DNA of 64,000 bases, taken from Flectonema sp. DT1601. Its lineage: Eukaryota. The notes below the pieces were generated by a model. That model made no database searches. It was not told the DNA's origin and saw only the letters and a list, made by a program, of their open reading frames with translations. A program made the position numbers and the translations under genes. This document shows positions 1 to 15,818 of the stretch, piece after piece (positions within the stretch are counted from its first letter, which is position 1; each line of letters begins with the position of its first letter). The stretch covers positions 372,001 through 436,000 of the forward strand of contig OZ025781.1 of the NCBI GenBank assembly GCA_964019425.1. The letters run 5' to 3'.

Positions 1-455
1 AATTGCGAAAATCTGCCCACTCAACTTCCCTTTTTACAAACAAACAAACAAAAAAAGTGGGGTAGGGACCTTTCTGCTTGCGAGCAAAAAACCTGTTGCC
101 AAAGGAACATAAAACATGTCAAACCAACTCATTGTTGGGTGAAAACAATCGTTCCTTTTTCAAAAAGCATCGCCCACGTTGGCCTCACTCTTGTGCCGGC
201 AACACGCATTGCAATCGACTGCTTTAGATTTACATTAACGGTAATGGTTTTTTCAGGTAGCTTCAACAGCAAGCAAAAGAAGAACAAAACAAGAATCGGG
301 ATGGGGGAAATGAGTGACATGTGGGGAGAAACACGGAGAAATAAATAAAAACAAGAAGTAAACTACTATTCAACACTTCGTCTGTCCAATACAAAGATCG
401 ACTTGTGACGTCAGCGTGATGCACTCGGTAGGCTGAGGCAGTAGAATCAACAGGC

Positions 456-3872
<3,417 letters not shown>

Positions 3873-4398
3873 CTTTCTAGATAGTCTAAGGCCCCTTTAG
3901 TAGGGGTGCGGTTGGGGGGGGTACTGGAAAGAAAAAAAATTGATAATTATTTTTTTTTATTATTATTATTGTTCTATAACATAGCATATCAATTTCTATC
4001 CAATGAAAAACAAGGCTTTAATAACAAAGGAATGTATTTTTTTTTTTTTTTTTTTTTGAATTGGAGAAATGAAAACCAATAGTATGAAAATAACGTATCC
4101 GAACCCAACAACTATGATAAGAAGAAGAAAAAAGAAAGAGAAAAAAAAAAAAAAAGATATCCTTATGCAGAGGATATCAACACCAGAAAGAGAAAAAAGA
4201 AGAATAAAAAATAATAAACTAGTGTGTTATTACAAAGGTGTTGGTCATCATTTTTTTTTTTTTTTTTTTTTTAAAATTCTTATTCCTTATTCAAAAAACC
4301 AAAAAAAAAAAAAAAAAATCCTTCCTCGAATTAAATATCAAAGGTTTCCTCACCAGTTAGATAGAATCTGAGAGGCAAAAGCAAAATTCTTACAAAAT

Positions 4399-5646
4399 TC
4401 AAGCCTTTTTTGGTAGTGGTACTTCCTTCTTATGAACTCTTTGCATGATACTGATCTTTCTATGTGTTGATTCCTCTTTGTCAGGTATCGCATGCCACAA
4501 ATTACGAAATAGATGTGCGAGAGGTGAAGTCGCAGATTGATTCTCCTTGTCTAAGGGTTCGGTAGTTCTTTTTTTAGTTTTACCCGTTGCTAAGAATATC
4601 AATCCTCCAGCGATAAACAATAATTCAACAGGTACTAAATACAATACGAGGCTGATTATCGATGACGATAAAACTACCACAGCAGATACATGAAATTCCT
4701 CCCTTCGATGCCCATGAAATGAAAATACGTACGACATCTTCTCAAGCAACGATGCTATGATCCCTAATGCATTTTGAGTTGTCTGCAACGCTCCAGGAAC
4801 AGCCGCGCATTCTTTTATTGTTTCTATCAGGGTCGGAGCAGGTGTCGGGTTGTCATTTTCGAACAGAATTAACTCCGGTTCTTCGATGGTATCACCCTTA
4901 CCAGTAACGTGATGAAGACCATTAAACACGAAGAACAATGACATTGCAATTGGTATTTGCCACATTGATATCGAATACACCAACATTATCCAAAGAGAAA
5001 ACAGTAATATCTTACTACTAATGGTACTTGATCGTGCGTGTCTTAGTAGAGTTGGTAGCCGAAGACTATTAGTAATTCGAACTATGTGAAGGGTTGCAAT
5101 ATTTCCATACCAATCAAGCTTTTCTTCAGGAAGAGGAACTGAGGCCCAAGGTGTCAGTAGTTCGTCGAAAAGAGATGGTTTTCCTATCCATTCAGCTGAT
5201 ATTTTTAAGTATCCAGGTTGATCTCTATTCTTCCACATCGTTCTTGTCAACCCTCCTTGATAAACTGCAGGTGTTATTGATCTGTATGGTATTCCTCGTT
5301 TTTGAGTTACGCCTTCACCAACAGAAGGAGGCATTAGCGCTACCCACAGTTCATGTTTCGGTTCTTTTTTTAAACAAGACAAAGGTATACAAGCTCTCCC
5401 TAACAACATTTTATCATTTACTATAACTTTAAAATAGACTCCGCAATGAATACTATCGACAGCAACTCTTATCGTACCGTCTTGTTCATTCCATACTGGA
5501 TCTGGTCCTGGAGAAGGAGGTGTTTCAGAGACTCTGTTGTTAATCTCAACTGCTACGGCTACGTTTCCCTCTTCTAGACGACGGCCTTCCCATATACGGA
5601 TACGGACTACCCCTCCCTTACCTCTGTTCGCACTTACAACACCCAT
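4399..5646 (-). CDS. C2-domain protein with C-terminal hydrophobic segments (MCTP/PRT_C-like architecture)
   Basis: 415-aa ORF with C2-like motifs (VRIRIWEGRRL, DPVWNEQ, LLGRACIPLS) and two hydrophobic regions followed by LWHAIPD. Confidence 0.6.
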   Translation of the reverse strand: MGVVSANRGKGGVVRIRIWEGRRLEEGNVAVAVEINNRVSETPPSPGPDPVWNEQDGTIRVAVDSIHCGVYFKVIVNDKMLLGRACIPLSCLKKEPKHELWVALMPPSVGEGVTQKRGIPYRSITPAVYQGGLTRTMWKNRDQPGYLKISAEWIGKPSLFDELLTPWASVPLPEEKLDWYGNIATLHIVRITNSLRLPTLLRHARSSTISSKILLFSLWIMLVYSISMWQIPIAMSLFFVFNGLHHVTGKGDTIEEPELILFENDNPTPAPTLIETIKECAAVPGALQTTQNALGIIASLLEKMSYVFSFHGHRREEFHVSAVVVLSSSIISLVLYLVPVELLFIAGGLIFLATGKTKKRTTEPLDKENQSATSPLAHLFRNLWHAIPDKEESTHRKISIMQRVHKKEVPLPKKA

Positions 5647-6338
5647 CGATTTATTTTACTTTTTTGAAAAGACATAATAATATAAATTGGTGAGAAAAAC
5701 GTGAAAACTGGATCTCAAATATAATTTGCATCTCTCAATACAAAAAAAATGATATCATCAGACTAATATTTTTGTTTTTAAACCTGCGGTGAAAAAAAAA
5801 AATTTTTGATGGGGAAATTAACGATTCGATCCTTAGAGTAGACAGATTCCTAATTTTTTTTTTTTTTTTTTTTCCATCATTTCTTTTCATGATGGACTTT
5901 CCTGATGTTTGGAAAGAGAAGTCCCATAAAAGACTTACATAAGTTTTTAGTCACAGAAATAAAAATAAAAAATTGTGATATAAAAAAAGTGACAAATAAC
6001 GTAATGACAAAAACCGCTACCCACGGAAGAATAAGCAACACCCAGAGACGTTGTCATTCATTTTTTTTTTTTTTTTTTTTTTCCCCTCTTCTCCTTTCAT
6101 TAAAAAAAAAAAAAAAATCCTAAAAATACAAAAACTTGGAACGACTGGACCATAATAGTTATTCGCCGCATGTTCTACCCCTTTTTTTAAAAAAAAAGAA
6201 GGAAAAAAAAAAAAAAAAAAGGTATCGGTAGAATACTTCATTAACATCATTGATGAAGTCGTAAGAAGAGTCATCCGTCAGCTAGCTGATATGATTAACA
6301 TCTTATTCTTCTGAGACAGCATGCAGTTGCTCAGACTA

Positions 6339-8621
6339 CTATTTTGTCACCTTTTCTGGTTCCTCGTTTGTTGGTGTCTCAACCTCCTTTACACCCTTGA
6401 CTGATGCCGCTTCACCTGTTATTTTTAGTTTTTTTATTTGACTTTTTGCCGGTACGGTAGGTTTGTCCATCAAAGTAATTTTTTTTTTTTTTTTCTAATC
6501 GTGGTGCTCTAACAATCGAGTTCTATATCAGGCGCATCAAAGGATTGTACGCAGGCTGCGAGTGTGTATTTGAGCAAAATCCTATTTCTCAAAAAAATTT
6601 AAAAAAAAAAACAGTAAAAGCAGACCTTTGTTACCCTTTTTGCCGTTCTTCTTCTTATTTCTTCTTACAACAGCTCTCTTGGCGCGGGAAATGAATTTCT
6701 CGAATCCTTCCAAGATGCTTAAGTCAACCTGTTGTTAGATATGTTACAGTTCCCCTTTAAGGTCCGCAGACAGACGAGTCAAGTTAGTATTAATGACTAT
6801 CAGTCACAAGAAGGGGAGAGGGCGGGAAAATTCAGACGAGTCAAGTTAAGTTATGACTTTTCCACGACTGACTGGCATCTATCTGCATAATAAAAGTGAT
6901 ACGACATAATACATACAGCTGGCTCTTGTTCTTTGAATTCCTGGATGTTTGCTGAAGTTACTGAAATAGGAGCGACGTTCTTAACAGAACTGAGTCTCAG
7001 AGATTTGATACTGTTGTTGTTATGTTAAGAGAGTGTTTGAATAGGACTTCCTTTTACAGTAGAAATTATTAACATACCTGAGAGGTCTGGCACCTGCATC
7101 CCCATCACCGTGAGCCCACAAAACAAATCGTACACCCGACATAGGACGGGAACCAACTACGACAAAGTCTTTAAATTCAGGTTTTGGTTCTTCGGTAGTT
7201 TCCTCTTTCTTGTCTTCGTCTGTTTGTTCCTTCGATTCCACAGCTTCCTTGTTGATTCCTTCAGATTCGAGATCATTATCTAAAGCTGATGTTGGGACGG
7301 TAATAGTAAGTCCGTGTTGAAGTTTTACTGCTTTGTCACCTTCTCCAACAGTGAATACGGAAATTACTTCAGAACGCTTATCAAAGTCAGCATATGTTGC
7401 AGGCTGTTCAGCATTACCTGTATCCATCGCGTATCCGAAGTTACACTGAGGAGGCCATGGTCCAGTCTTTTCTGCGTCCTTTGGCATCCATCTCTTCTGC
7501 ATCTTTAAAGTCAGCCTCCAGCTCGAAAAACTCTGAAGGTTCATTTCATTGAGATCTGCCCTCCTGCAAAGCTTCTCGTGCTGCTTTAGCTCTTCCTGTT
7601 CCTGTGCGGTGAGTGCGTGTAACTTTACCTTTCCAACTATCTCCATGTGTTCTCTGTATTGATCAAGTAGATCAAGATGGAATAATCCAGCACCAGGTTG
7701 ACCAGCGATATGAAACCACATGCAAGTGTCACCTGTTTCCGGATCACGTCCAGCACCTACGACAACCATATCGAATTGCTCGCTAGGACTTTGTGGGTTC
7801 GTTACTCTGATCTTCTGCCCGTGAATGAATCCGGCAGCTCTACAGATCTCATCTCTAACATCAAAGTGCATCAACTCTGGTACGTTACCTGCTGGGTATG
7901 CGAAGTCCAACTTCAGTGCGGTCGGTGGGATTGGTTTCATCGCTGGCGCTGGTTTTTCACCCATACCATCAGGCATTTCTCCGTAACCTTTACCTCCCTT
8001 ACCGTATGGGTCCATGCCCTTCATTCCCTTACCACCATATCCCATATCGTCGAAACCTTTACCTCCCTTTCCGCCATATCCCATATCATCGTATCCCTTC
8101 ATCCCCTTACCACCGTAGCCCATGTCGTCGTATCCCTTCATTCCCTTTCCTCCGTATGGGTCCATGCCCTTCATCCCCTTACCACCGTAACCCATGTCGT
8201 CGTATCCCTTCATCCCCTTACCACCGTAACCCATGTCGTCGAAGCCACCCTTCATCCCCTTACCACCTCCGTAGCCCATGTCGTCGTATCCCTTCATTCC
8301 CTTTCCGCCATATCCCATGTCGTCGTATCCCTTCATTCCCTTTCCTCCGTATGGGTCCATGCCCTTCATCCCCTTACCACCGTAGCCCATGTCGTCGTAT
8401 CCCTTCATCCCCTTTCCACCACCGTAACCCATGTCGTCGAAGTCACCCTTCATTCCCTTACCACCTCCGTAGCCCATGTCGTCGTATCCCTTCTTCCCTC
8501 CTTTTCCACCACCGTAGCCCATGTCGTCGAATCCCTTCTTCCCTCCTTTTCCTTTTCCATATGATCGAATCTGTTTACTACCACCACACGACTGAAGACA
8601 TTTGAATACTGCACTCCTCAT
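6339..8621 (-). CDS. Protein with putative mitochondrial presequence, GGKGMKG(Y/F)DDMGY tandem repeats and a duplicated globular domain; 4 exons (8621-7078, 7010-6917, 6728-6626, 6415-6339)
   Basis: 533-aa ORF extended in frame through GT-AG introns 7011-7077, 6729-6916 and 6416-6625 to a TAG at 6339-6341. N-terminus MRSAVFKCLQSCGGSKQIRSY lacks acidic residues. Confidence 0.75.
6787..6832 (-). repeat. Short dispersed repeat (retroposon-like) with 16-bp flanking direct repeat, inside an intron
   Basis: cagacgagtcaagtta occurs at 6771-6786 and 6833-6848. The internal sequence recurs at about 36907-36965 and partly at about 28638-28697. Confidence 0.6.
7980..8560 (-). repeat. Coding minisatellite (about 33-39 bp units) encoding GGKG-M/Y/D repeats
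   Basis: Repeated ccacc-gtagcccatgtcgtcgtatcccttcat units with synonymous variation. Confidence 0.9.
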
Positions 8622-11600
8622 GTTGTAATGCAGCTTTGTGAGAAATGAAATATTTATTACTTCAAAAATGTAAATTCGAGAAAATCGTTAACAAGACACC
8701 CGCAAGATCACAAAGACTTGTCTGTCGTGTTTCCCACTAAGAATACACAGTTTTTTTTGAAGCTGACTAGCAGCCTCTTTGATGACATCTCCTCAATAAA
8801 TCCCTTCAGGGTCATTGATTATATCCGTACTAGTACACACCGCAACCGATTGGTTGTGGGATAGAGCTGGGGGGAGAGAGCTCTCTACGGACAACCGCTT
8901 AGAGCGTTTCGAATCCCTTGAAGTGTCAATAGGCACTACCCAATAGGAAAAGTGTTCCCCAACATACAAAACAGAACAATATACTTGAAATAAAAAATAA
9001 AAAAAAAAAACCACAATGCCTCCAGCAGTTACTTAAACTGAGAAACAAAAGGTGCAAAAACTATTCCTACATTACAACGAGACAACTAATGTCAGTAAAT
9101 AACTAATACTAGCATACAATTTTTTTTTTTTTTTTTTTTTTTCTCACCCTTCAATTCTACTCTTTTTTCACTACCGATGCTATGAAAAAAAATGTACAAA
9201 AAACAAAAAACACCTATTTCAATGTAAAAAAGAAACAGCTATAAAGGAAACGAGAATACCTTAAAAGCTGTAAAAAATGCCACGGCGAAGTAATGAACCA
9301 ATAAAAAAAAAAAGGAAAAAAAGAAACTCGCATACTTTCTCAGAACTTTATCATTCTCAAAGGTCTGGGGCTGTTATAAATAAACACTTCAGAGCAAATA
9401 AGGTTGTTATATTTTCAAAAAAAAAACCACAAATAAAAAAAAGATAAAACACTTTTTTCACAATCCACGAAAATGTATATCAGAAAGAAAAAAAAGAGAG
9501 AAAAATTCTGAGTACGCACTAATACCCGCAAAAACAACGAGATCAGAAGAAGCCAAAAGACAAGTCAGATTTAGAAACCACGATGAACGTGATGGATGTT
9601 GACCACGTAGGTAACTACTACTCGTATGTAAAGCGAATATTCAACACGCTATGTTCGCACATCAAACATAAATTAGGAAAGACAGAATACACATCTTTTT
9701 TGTCCTCATCCTGATTAGATCTGATGCAACTTTTGCAAAACCTGTTTTTTTTTTTTTAAAGTTTAGAAAACGATCACACCGCTGCAATTACATTACTTTG
9801 TTTTTTGAAGGAGAGAACAAATTATGTTTCTACCACACAAGAGATGATTACAACGGCATGAGAATGATAATCCAGGTTGCTTTTTCATTTTTTTTTTTTC
9901 AAAAAAAAAAAAGAAAAACGAAAAATGAAAAGACAAACAACTTCCATGATATATAGAAGTTAATATATGCGGACTACTGAAGACCGTGATGTCAAAGAAA
10001 ACTTGTTGTGATGTTTTTATTTTTTTTTAAAAAAACAAAACAAAACAACTGTTATCAACGACAAGGAAAAGGACAGATTATATAAAGGCACCAAAAAAAT
10101 ACACAAAAAGACATTTCGAAGGGAGAATAAATAAATAACGGTAATTACCACCTAACACCATAATTATAAAGAAACTTTCTCGAGGTATAATTACTGTCGG
10201 TACCGCCACATGTTCAAAAGAACGAATGCTGGCAATATCACCACAGCGTTTACCCAGTCCACTACAGAAAACTTTGTAAGTCAGTGGACTGTTGGCTTTT
10301 TGTGACTGGAGTGTCATATTTACATCTCTGAAAGACATCTGTACAAAATAATAGCAACAAAGAAAAAAGAAGGGGGAAAAAAAAAAAAGGGCGGTGATAA
10401 TATGATAATGTATTGCTTAAGCTCAAAAGGAACAACAATTTCAAGTTGGGGGGTGTGAAAATTAAAAAATAAAGAAAAAAAGGAAAATCATTTTCATTTT
10501 TTTTTTTTTTTTTTTTTTTGATATTTTACCATTACTCAGGGGAGTCTAACCTTTTTTCTTTTTTTGACCACATTCCCAATAATATAAATACACGTATCGC
10601 AGTCAAACGTTAAGTTATAAGGCGATACGGTATTTTGAGGAAAACTCGATACCTTAATTAAACATGAAGCAATTTGAAACTACTAACAGTTGGTATCGAT
10701 AAAAGGGAGGAGACGGGCGGGTAATCCTACAGTACACATGCTGTAATAAAATCAACCAAATAAGACAAGATAGCTGAGGGGGGAATTTAACTGTTGTGAT
10801 TTTTGTACGTAAAATACAAATGTATTGTATCATAAAAACAACATGACGATAATTTTAACAATTAGTTTTTTACAATACAGTGACTAGGTGTGATGCTTAA
10901 CTTAGCCTTTTAAAGTAACTATTTAGGTTTCGAGAGTAATCCATATACCTCTTGAGGGGAGGATTTAACTGCTTGACTTTTGTATCATAAAACATAATTC
11001 ATAGATACAGTCAACCGAAGGTAATGTTAGTGTGGGCATACACTCAGACACTAGAAGCTTACAAAACAGTTGAGGGGGGAAGGAGGAGAGTTGGGAAAAC
11101 TTACCATCACTTTAAACCATTCAGAATAAAGCCTAATTATTATATTGTGTTTGATCGCAGACAGTGATACTGGCAGCACATGGGGGAAATAAGATAACAT
11201 TTCGACATAATAAATATGGCCCTATAACAACCAAAAAAAACGAGACCCACTTTAAAAAAAAAAAAAAAAAAACTGTGAAAAAACACAGCTCAAGAAAAAG
11301 GAACATCTATTTCTCCATAATAAAATTTAGTCGAGGCCACAACTTTAAGGAACACAACGAAAAAATAAACATAGAAAAAGAAAAAAGTCCTTCCTGTGCG
11401 CACTACTCTCAAACACAGTATAAACAATGAGAGGAGAACACACAGGAGGATTTAAGTGATTTCTAAGGTTTACAAATATTCAAAAAGAGAAAAAAGAAAT
11501 AAATAAATTAATAAATAATAATAATAATAATATTTCGATAGGCCTTGTCCCCAATAAGAGACACAGCCGACATCAAAATGCGACACGTGCACCTTCTCAG

Positions 11601-13511
11601 AATTCTTTTTTTGATTTCTCGTTTCAGGGTTGCCATGAGAGTCAAAAAAGTACATCCCTCGATCCTGAGACGACATCTGAAAACACTAAAACTAAGTCAA
11701 TGTTGATAAACAGAAGCGGGAGAAGAAAAATAAAAATAAAAAAAATCGTTGCTATTCTTCGAATAAGCATTTTTTCTTGGTTGTATTCTCAAATGTTGGT
11801 GAGTTTTTGAATATTCTCAAAACCCTTTTTGAATGGAAAAGTGATATTTAAGAAAGAAAAAAAAAAAAGAGTGAGAGAAAGAGACTGTTTGAAACAGCAA
11901 TTAAACCAAAAACTCTCCACATGATGAGCCCCATGCTCTGTTGACCGTCACAGAGGGGGGTATCAACACACATCAAAAAACTGCCCATCATCACTCCAAT
12001 GGTTGGGCACAATAATATTTATGGGGGGAAGATGGTAAAAGAAGGGCTAATAATATGGATGAAATATTTTGATTATATTTATGAAGAAATAAATATCTGT
12101 ATTGCTACCAGAGACTTAACTAAAATTGACAATTTAGTTATAATACAGTGACTTAAGGTTATAAAAAAAGGGCGGGACGGGAGAAACGCAACAGTAAGAC
12201 ATCAGTAGTGTTTTCAAAAGGTAGTAGCAATATGTGTAAAAATAAAATAACTAATAATATGCTACACATTTAGGAAATACTTTTTTTTTTTGAATGAGCT
12301 GGATAGCTGATGTGATATAACCGTTAAGAAAAAAAAGGAATAGGGAAGACGAGTGGGGAAAAAAAAAACAAAAAAAAAATAAATTAAATTATCAACTCAG
12401 ACTATTTTTTATCAGAAAGTCTTCTGTTTGGTTTGTCTCTCTGAGTTGATGATTATTTTATTTATTTTTTTAATTTTGATTTTTTTTTTTTTTTTTTTTT
12501 CCAAAAGTATTATTCACTTATCATTAATTTTTTTTTTTTTGGTTTTTTAAATGCAAAAAGACTCAGCAAAAAAAGATCTGTTTTTTGTAGAAAATTACTT
12601 GAAAGAGAAAAAAAAAAAAAAAAAAAAAGACCAACCGTATTGTAGTTTTTTTTTTTCCAGAAGAACGTTTTACAACGATCGAAGGCTGAAACGTCAGCGT
12701 TGCGAACAAAGAAAAAAAAGCAAAATAACTGCCATCACATTTCAACGAGGTTCCACCGTGGGCTGGTGACAAAAAAGATTAACGTAGCATGTCATGGTCA
12801 GGAACAAGAAGTGCTCCGTGTCGCATGGACTACCAATTTTATCTAATCGAATATCTCACGCTGACAACACTACCTAAGTATGTGTCTTCCCGACATGAGG
12901 GGAAAAAAAAAAAAACAAGTGCGAAGGAAGGATTTTTTTTTGTGTGAAATGTTTTGGCAAAAACAAAAATATTACTATTCCACCGATGGAACGTAGATAA
13001 ACAAAAATAGATAAGTACAGACGTATTGATAACAGCAAACGTATTTCACCCCCCCCTCAAACTGATAGAGGGAAAGAGAGAGAATTTTTTTTTAGGAGAA
13101 AAAGTAAAATAATTTAATTAAGAGTAGGGGGGGGCAGCAACCGAAACAACAAAACCCAAGACATAACGGTGCGCATTGTGATTGAAACTCATAAAAGTAA
13201 CAACTCAACAATAAAAAAAAAAACTGACGATCGTCGACCACAGGAGCAAGTGCAAACAAAACTCACACATATGGTGTACATAAAGAAGGGGTGAAACTTT
13301 GACAATGTAAAAACCAGTAACAACTTTAGGTATTAATAAAAACAAAATAATATCAAGTACTTGACTGAAAAATATTTGTAGTTGTTAATCAAAGAAAATT
13401 ACGTTTAGAAAAAAGAATGGGGGGGGGTGAAATCGACACAACCAAAATAGTTCGTATCCCCATCATCGATGTAATTTATTTTTTAAAACCTGAACAGCAA
13501 ATCAACAGCAG

Positions 13512-14282
13512 TTAATCAATGTACAGGTCCCTAGCGAAAGAGCAATTTCCAGCATTTCCTGCAAGGTCTGATATTTGGTCTATGAGGGCATTCGTATCAC
13601 CTGAGTCTGGAAGGTGAATCGGAGAATTATTAATAAATATAATGTTATCGCAAGATTCAAATCGGATATCTGTTACTGGTAAGGGTGGTTTCTTACCCAA
13701 ATCACGAGATTCACGAGTGTACTTAATATTACCTCCTTCTTGAGAGAGGAGGAGTGAATGTGAAACACCACCTGCAGTAAAACTTATTGGATCTTCTTCG
13801 AACACTTCATCATCAAAGTGACTAGTACCGTATGATTCTGTTTCTACTAGAGAGTCAGTTCCTACAGTTGAACGGTGAGCTTCTTGATGTGTCATCTCTT
13901 CACAGTTACGACTGTCTCCGATGGCTTTCATAAATAAAGGTTTACTCGTATACTTTGATATAATATCAGTGAACGCATCCATCCAGTTTACAATTATTTG
14001 TTGTCGTCTTTGACACTCGCTGTGTTGTAGAGTACAGACTGGGGTTGCAACACCACTACAACCTGGACAGACTCTTTGAGGTCTCGTGTATCCAAATGCT
14101 GGTAGTATTCTTCTTTCAGAGCTGCACTCAGCACAAAACAATCCTCCACATCCTCTGCAATGATGTCTACGTCTTATCAATGAGAACTCAACATCACATC
14201 TATCACAACTTACTTCATCAGAATCGGTCTTCCATTCAGGTCGACAGTATAGACCTTTCTTTGTCTTTGATATCGCACCCAT
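13512..14282 (-). CDS. FYVE zinc-finger protein
   Basis: N-terminal WKTD...CDRC...RRRHHCRGCG.FC..C...RVC..C matches the FYVE signature (WxxD, R(R/K)HHCR, RVC). Confidence 0.9.
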   Translation of the reverse strand: MGAISKTKKGLYCRPEWKTDSDEVSCDRCDVEFSLIRRRHHCRGCGGLFCAECSSERRILPAFGYTRPQRVCPGCSGVATPVCTLQHSECQRRQQIIVNWMDAFTDIISKYTSKPLFMKAIGDSRNCEEMTHQEAHRSTVGTDSLVETESYGTSHFDDEVFEEDPISFTAGGVSHSLLLSQEGGNIKYTRESRDLGKKPPLPVTDIRFESCDNIIFINNSPIHLPDSGDTNALIDQISDLAGNAGNCSFARDLYID

Positions 14283-14476
14283 TTACAATTGTTGTTTTGT
14301 TTTGGGAGGGGAGACTAGTTATATTATAGAAATAACGTAACAAACAATAACAATAACATTACTAACATTATTTCGGTACAAAAAACTGCTATTATGTTGC
14401 AGAACTTATCCTTAAATGAGAAAGTAGCGAATCGTGAATAGGAGATTTTTTTCGTTCTTTTCTTTCTTTTGTTTTA

Positions 14477-15379
14477 TTATAATTCATCAACAGGATTACT
14501 GTTACCATCAGCTAAAGGTTTTCTTAGTACAAATATAGGTTCGTAGGATTGTCTCCAGTTGGCTGGTTTGGTTAACTTTTCTTCATTCCATCCAATGCGG
14601 TCAACAACTTCCCATCCTTCGAGTAGAAGAGGAAGTCTAAGTTCTCCATATCTCCTGTGAAGGTTCCATACAACAACATCAGGACCTATCGGAACAACTA
14701 AGAAAAGGATACCACCAGGTTTCTGTTGTGTGTTTTTTTGAGTTTTGAGGACATTACAGACAACTTGTCTTTGCTATTTTAAAAAAAAACATACCAACTG
14801 TTTCATTGCTACTTTCATTGCTTCAAGATCTCCGTTAGGGTTCAGAGGGTCTCCATAGCGACCAAGACCATCGTGATCGAAAGAAGACATCGATAAAGAG
14901 TAGTCGAAGTTCTGACATTTAGTCGGGTCTTCGGTACACTCAGATACGGTCACACTTCTAATCTGTGGATGATCGTAAGTAATGTGATTGTACTCAATGA
15001 CTACAACAGATTCAGCACCGTGAGTAATAGCCACTGCTTCATACCAAGGTTCCATTGAACCATAGACAGCGACAGTACTTCCTTTTGATAAAGGGTATTG
15101 TTTGAGTGCTTCAATTATCCAAAGTCTCTTGTTGTCATATTTTAAATTAACTCCCTTATTCTTTGCTCTCTCTGCCCCGTTGATAAAACTTAGAACATCC
15201 TGAGCACCATACTTGTAATGTGTTCCAGTTCCATCAATGCCTGTATCGTCAACAAACATATCACCTACTTCGATTCTTCCTCCCATTGTGTAAAGATCTT
15301 TCAGATCGTCAGGCATATGCCGTGGTGGTCCAGCAGATGCTAAAACTGTTGTCAGTCCAAATAATACCACAGATTGCAT
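14477..15379 (-). CDS. Secreted/ER DUF268-like SAM-dependent methyltransferase-fold protein; 2 exons (15379-14795, 14722-14477)
   Basis: Signal-peptide-like N-terminus and motifs VYGSMEPWYE and SSFDHDGLGRYGDPL. After intron 14723-14794 the frame continues KPGGILFLVVPIGPDVVVWNLHRRYG...VDEL*. Confidence 0.8.
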
Positions 15380-15626
15380 TGTTGTTGTTGTTTTGTGTTG
15401 TTGTTGTTGTTGTTTTTCTTTTTTTAAAAAAATGATAAGGTGATAGTTAACAGTTAAGTTAATTGTTTGTAGTGTTTCTATAATCTAGGGATCTCTTTTA
15501 ATGTTTGTTGAAAGGAGATCATCAAAAAAAAAAAAAAAAAAATGAAAATAATAATTTCAGGGTGAAGGGACCTACAAATCCCTCACACCACAGCGGGCAA
15601 CAAATTGCGCGCCTCAGCGTCAAACT

Positions 15627-15657
<31 letters not shown>

Positions 15658-15818
15658 GTACTACATTCCTATTCAATGGCTCTAAGTTTGTTTGTTTTTT
15701 TTTTTTTTTTACTTTCTTTCTTTTGTTTTTAAAGAACTCCTCTCCTCCCTCCCCCTTGGTTAAACCACACAACAAACTTGACTAAATCACTGCAAATAAT
15801 TTTCAGAATTTGAAAAAG

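Noticed and set aside
7698..8605. Plus-strand ORFs of 288 and 235 aa
   Set aside because: Antisense shadows of the repetitive GGKG coding region.
11921..11960. Box C motif or SECIS-like hairpin
   Set aside because: No properly placed D box or SECIS core geometry, and it lies on the strand opposite the genes.
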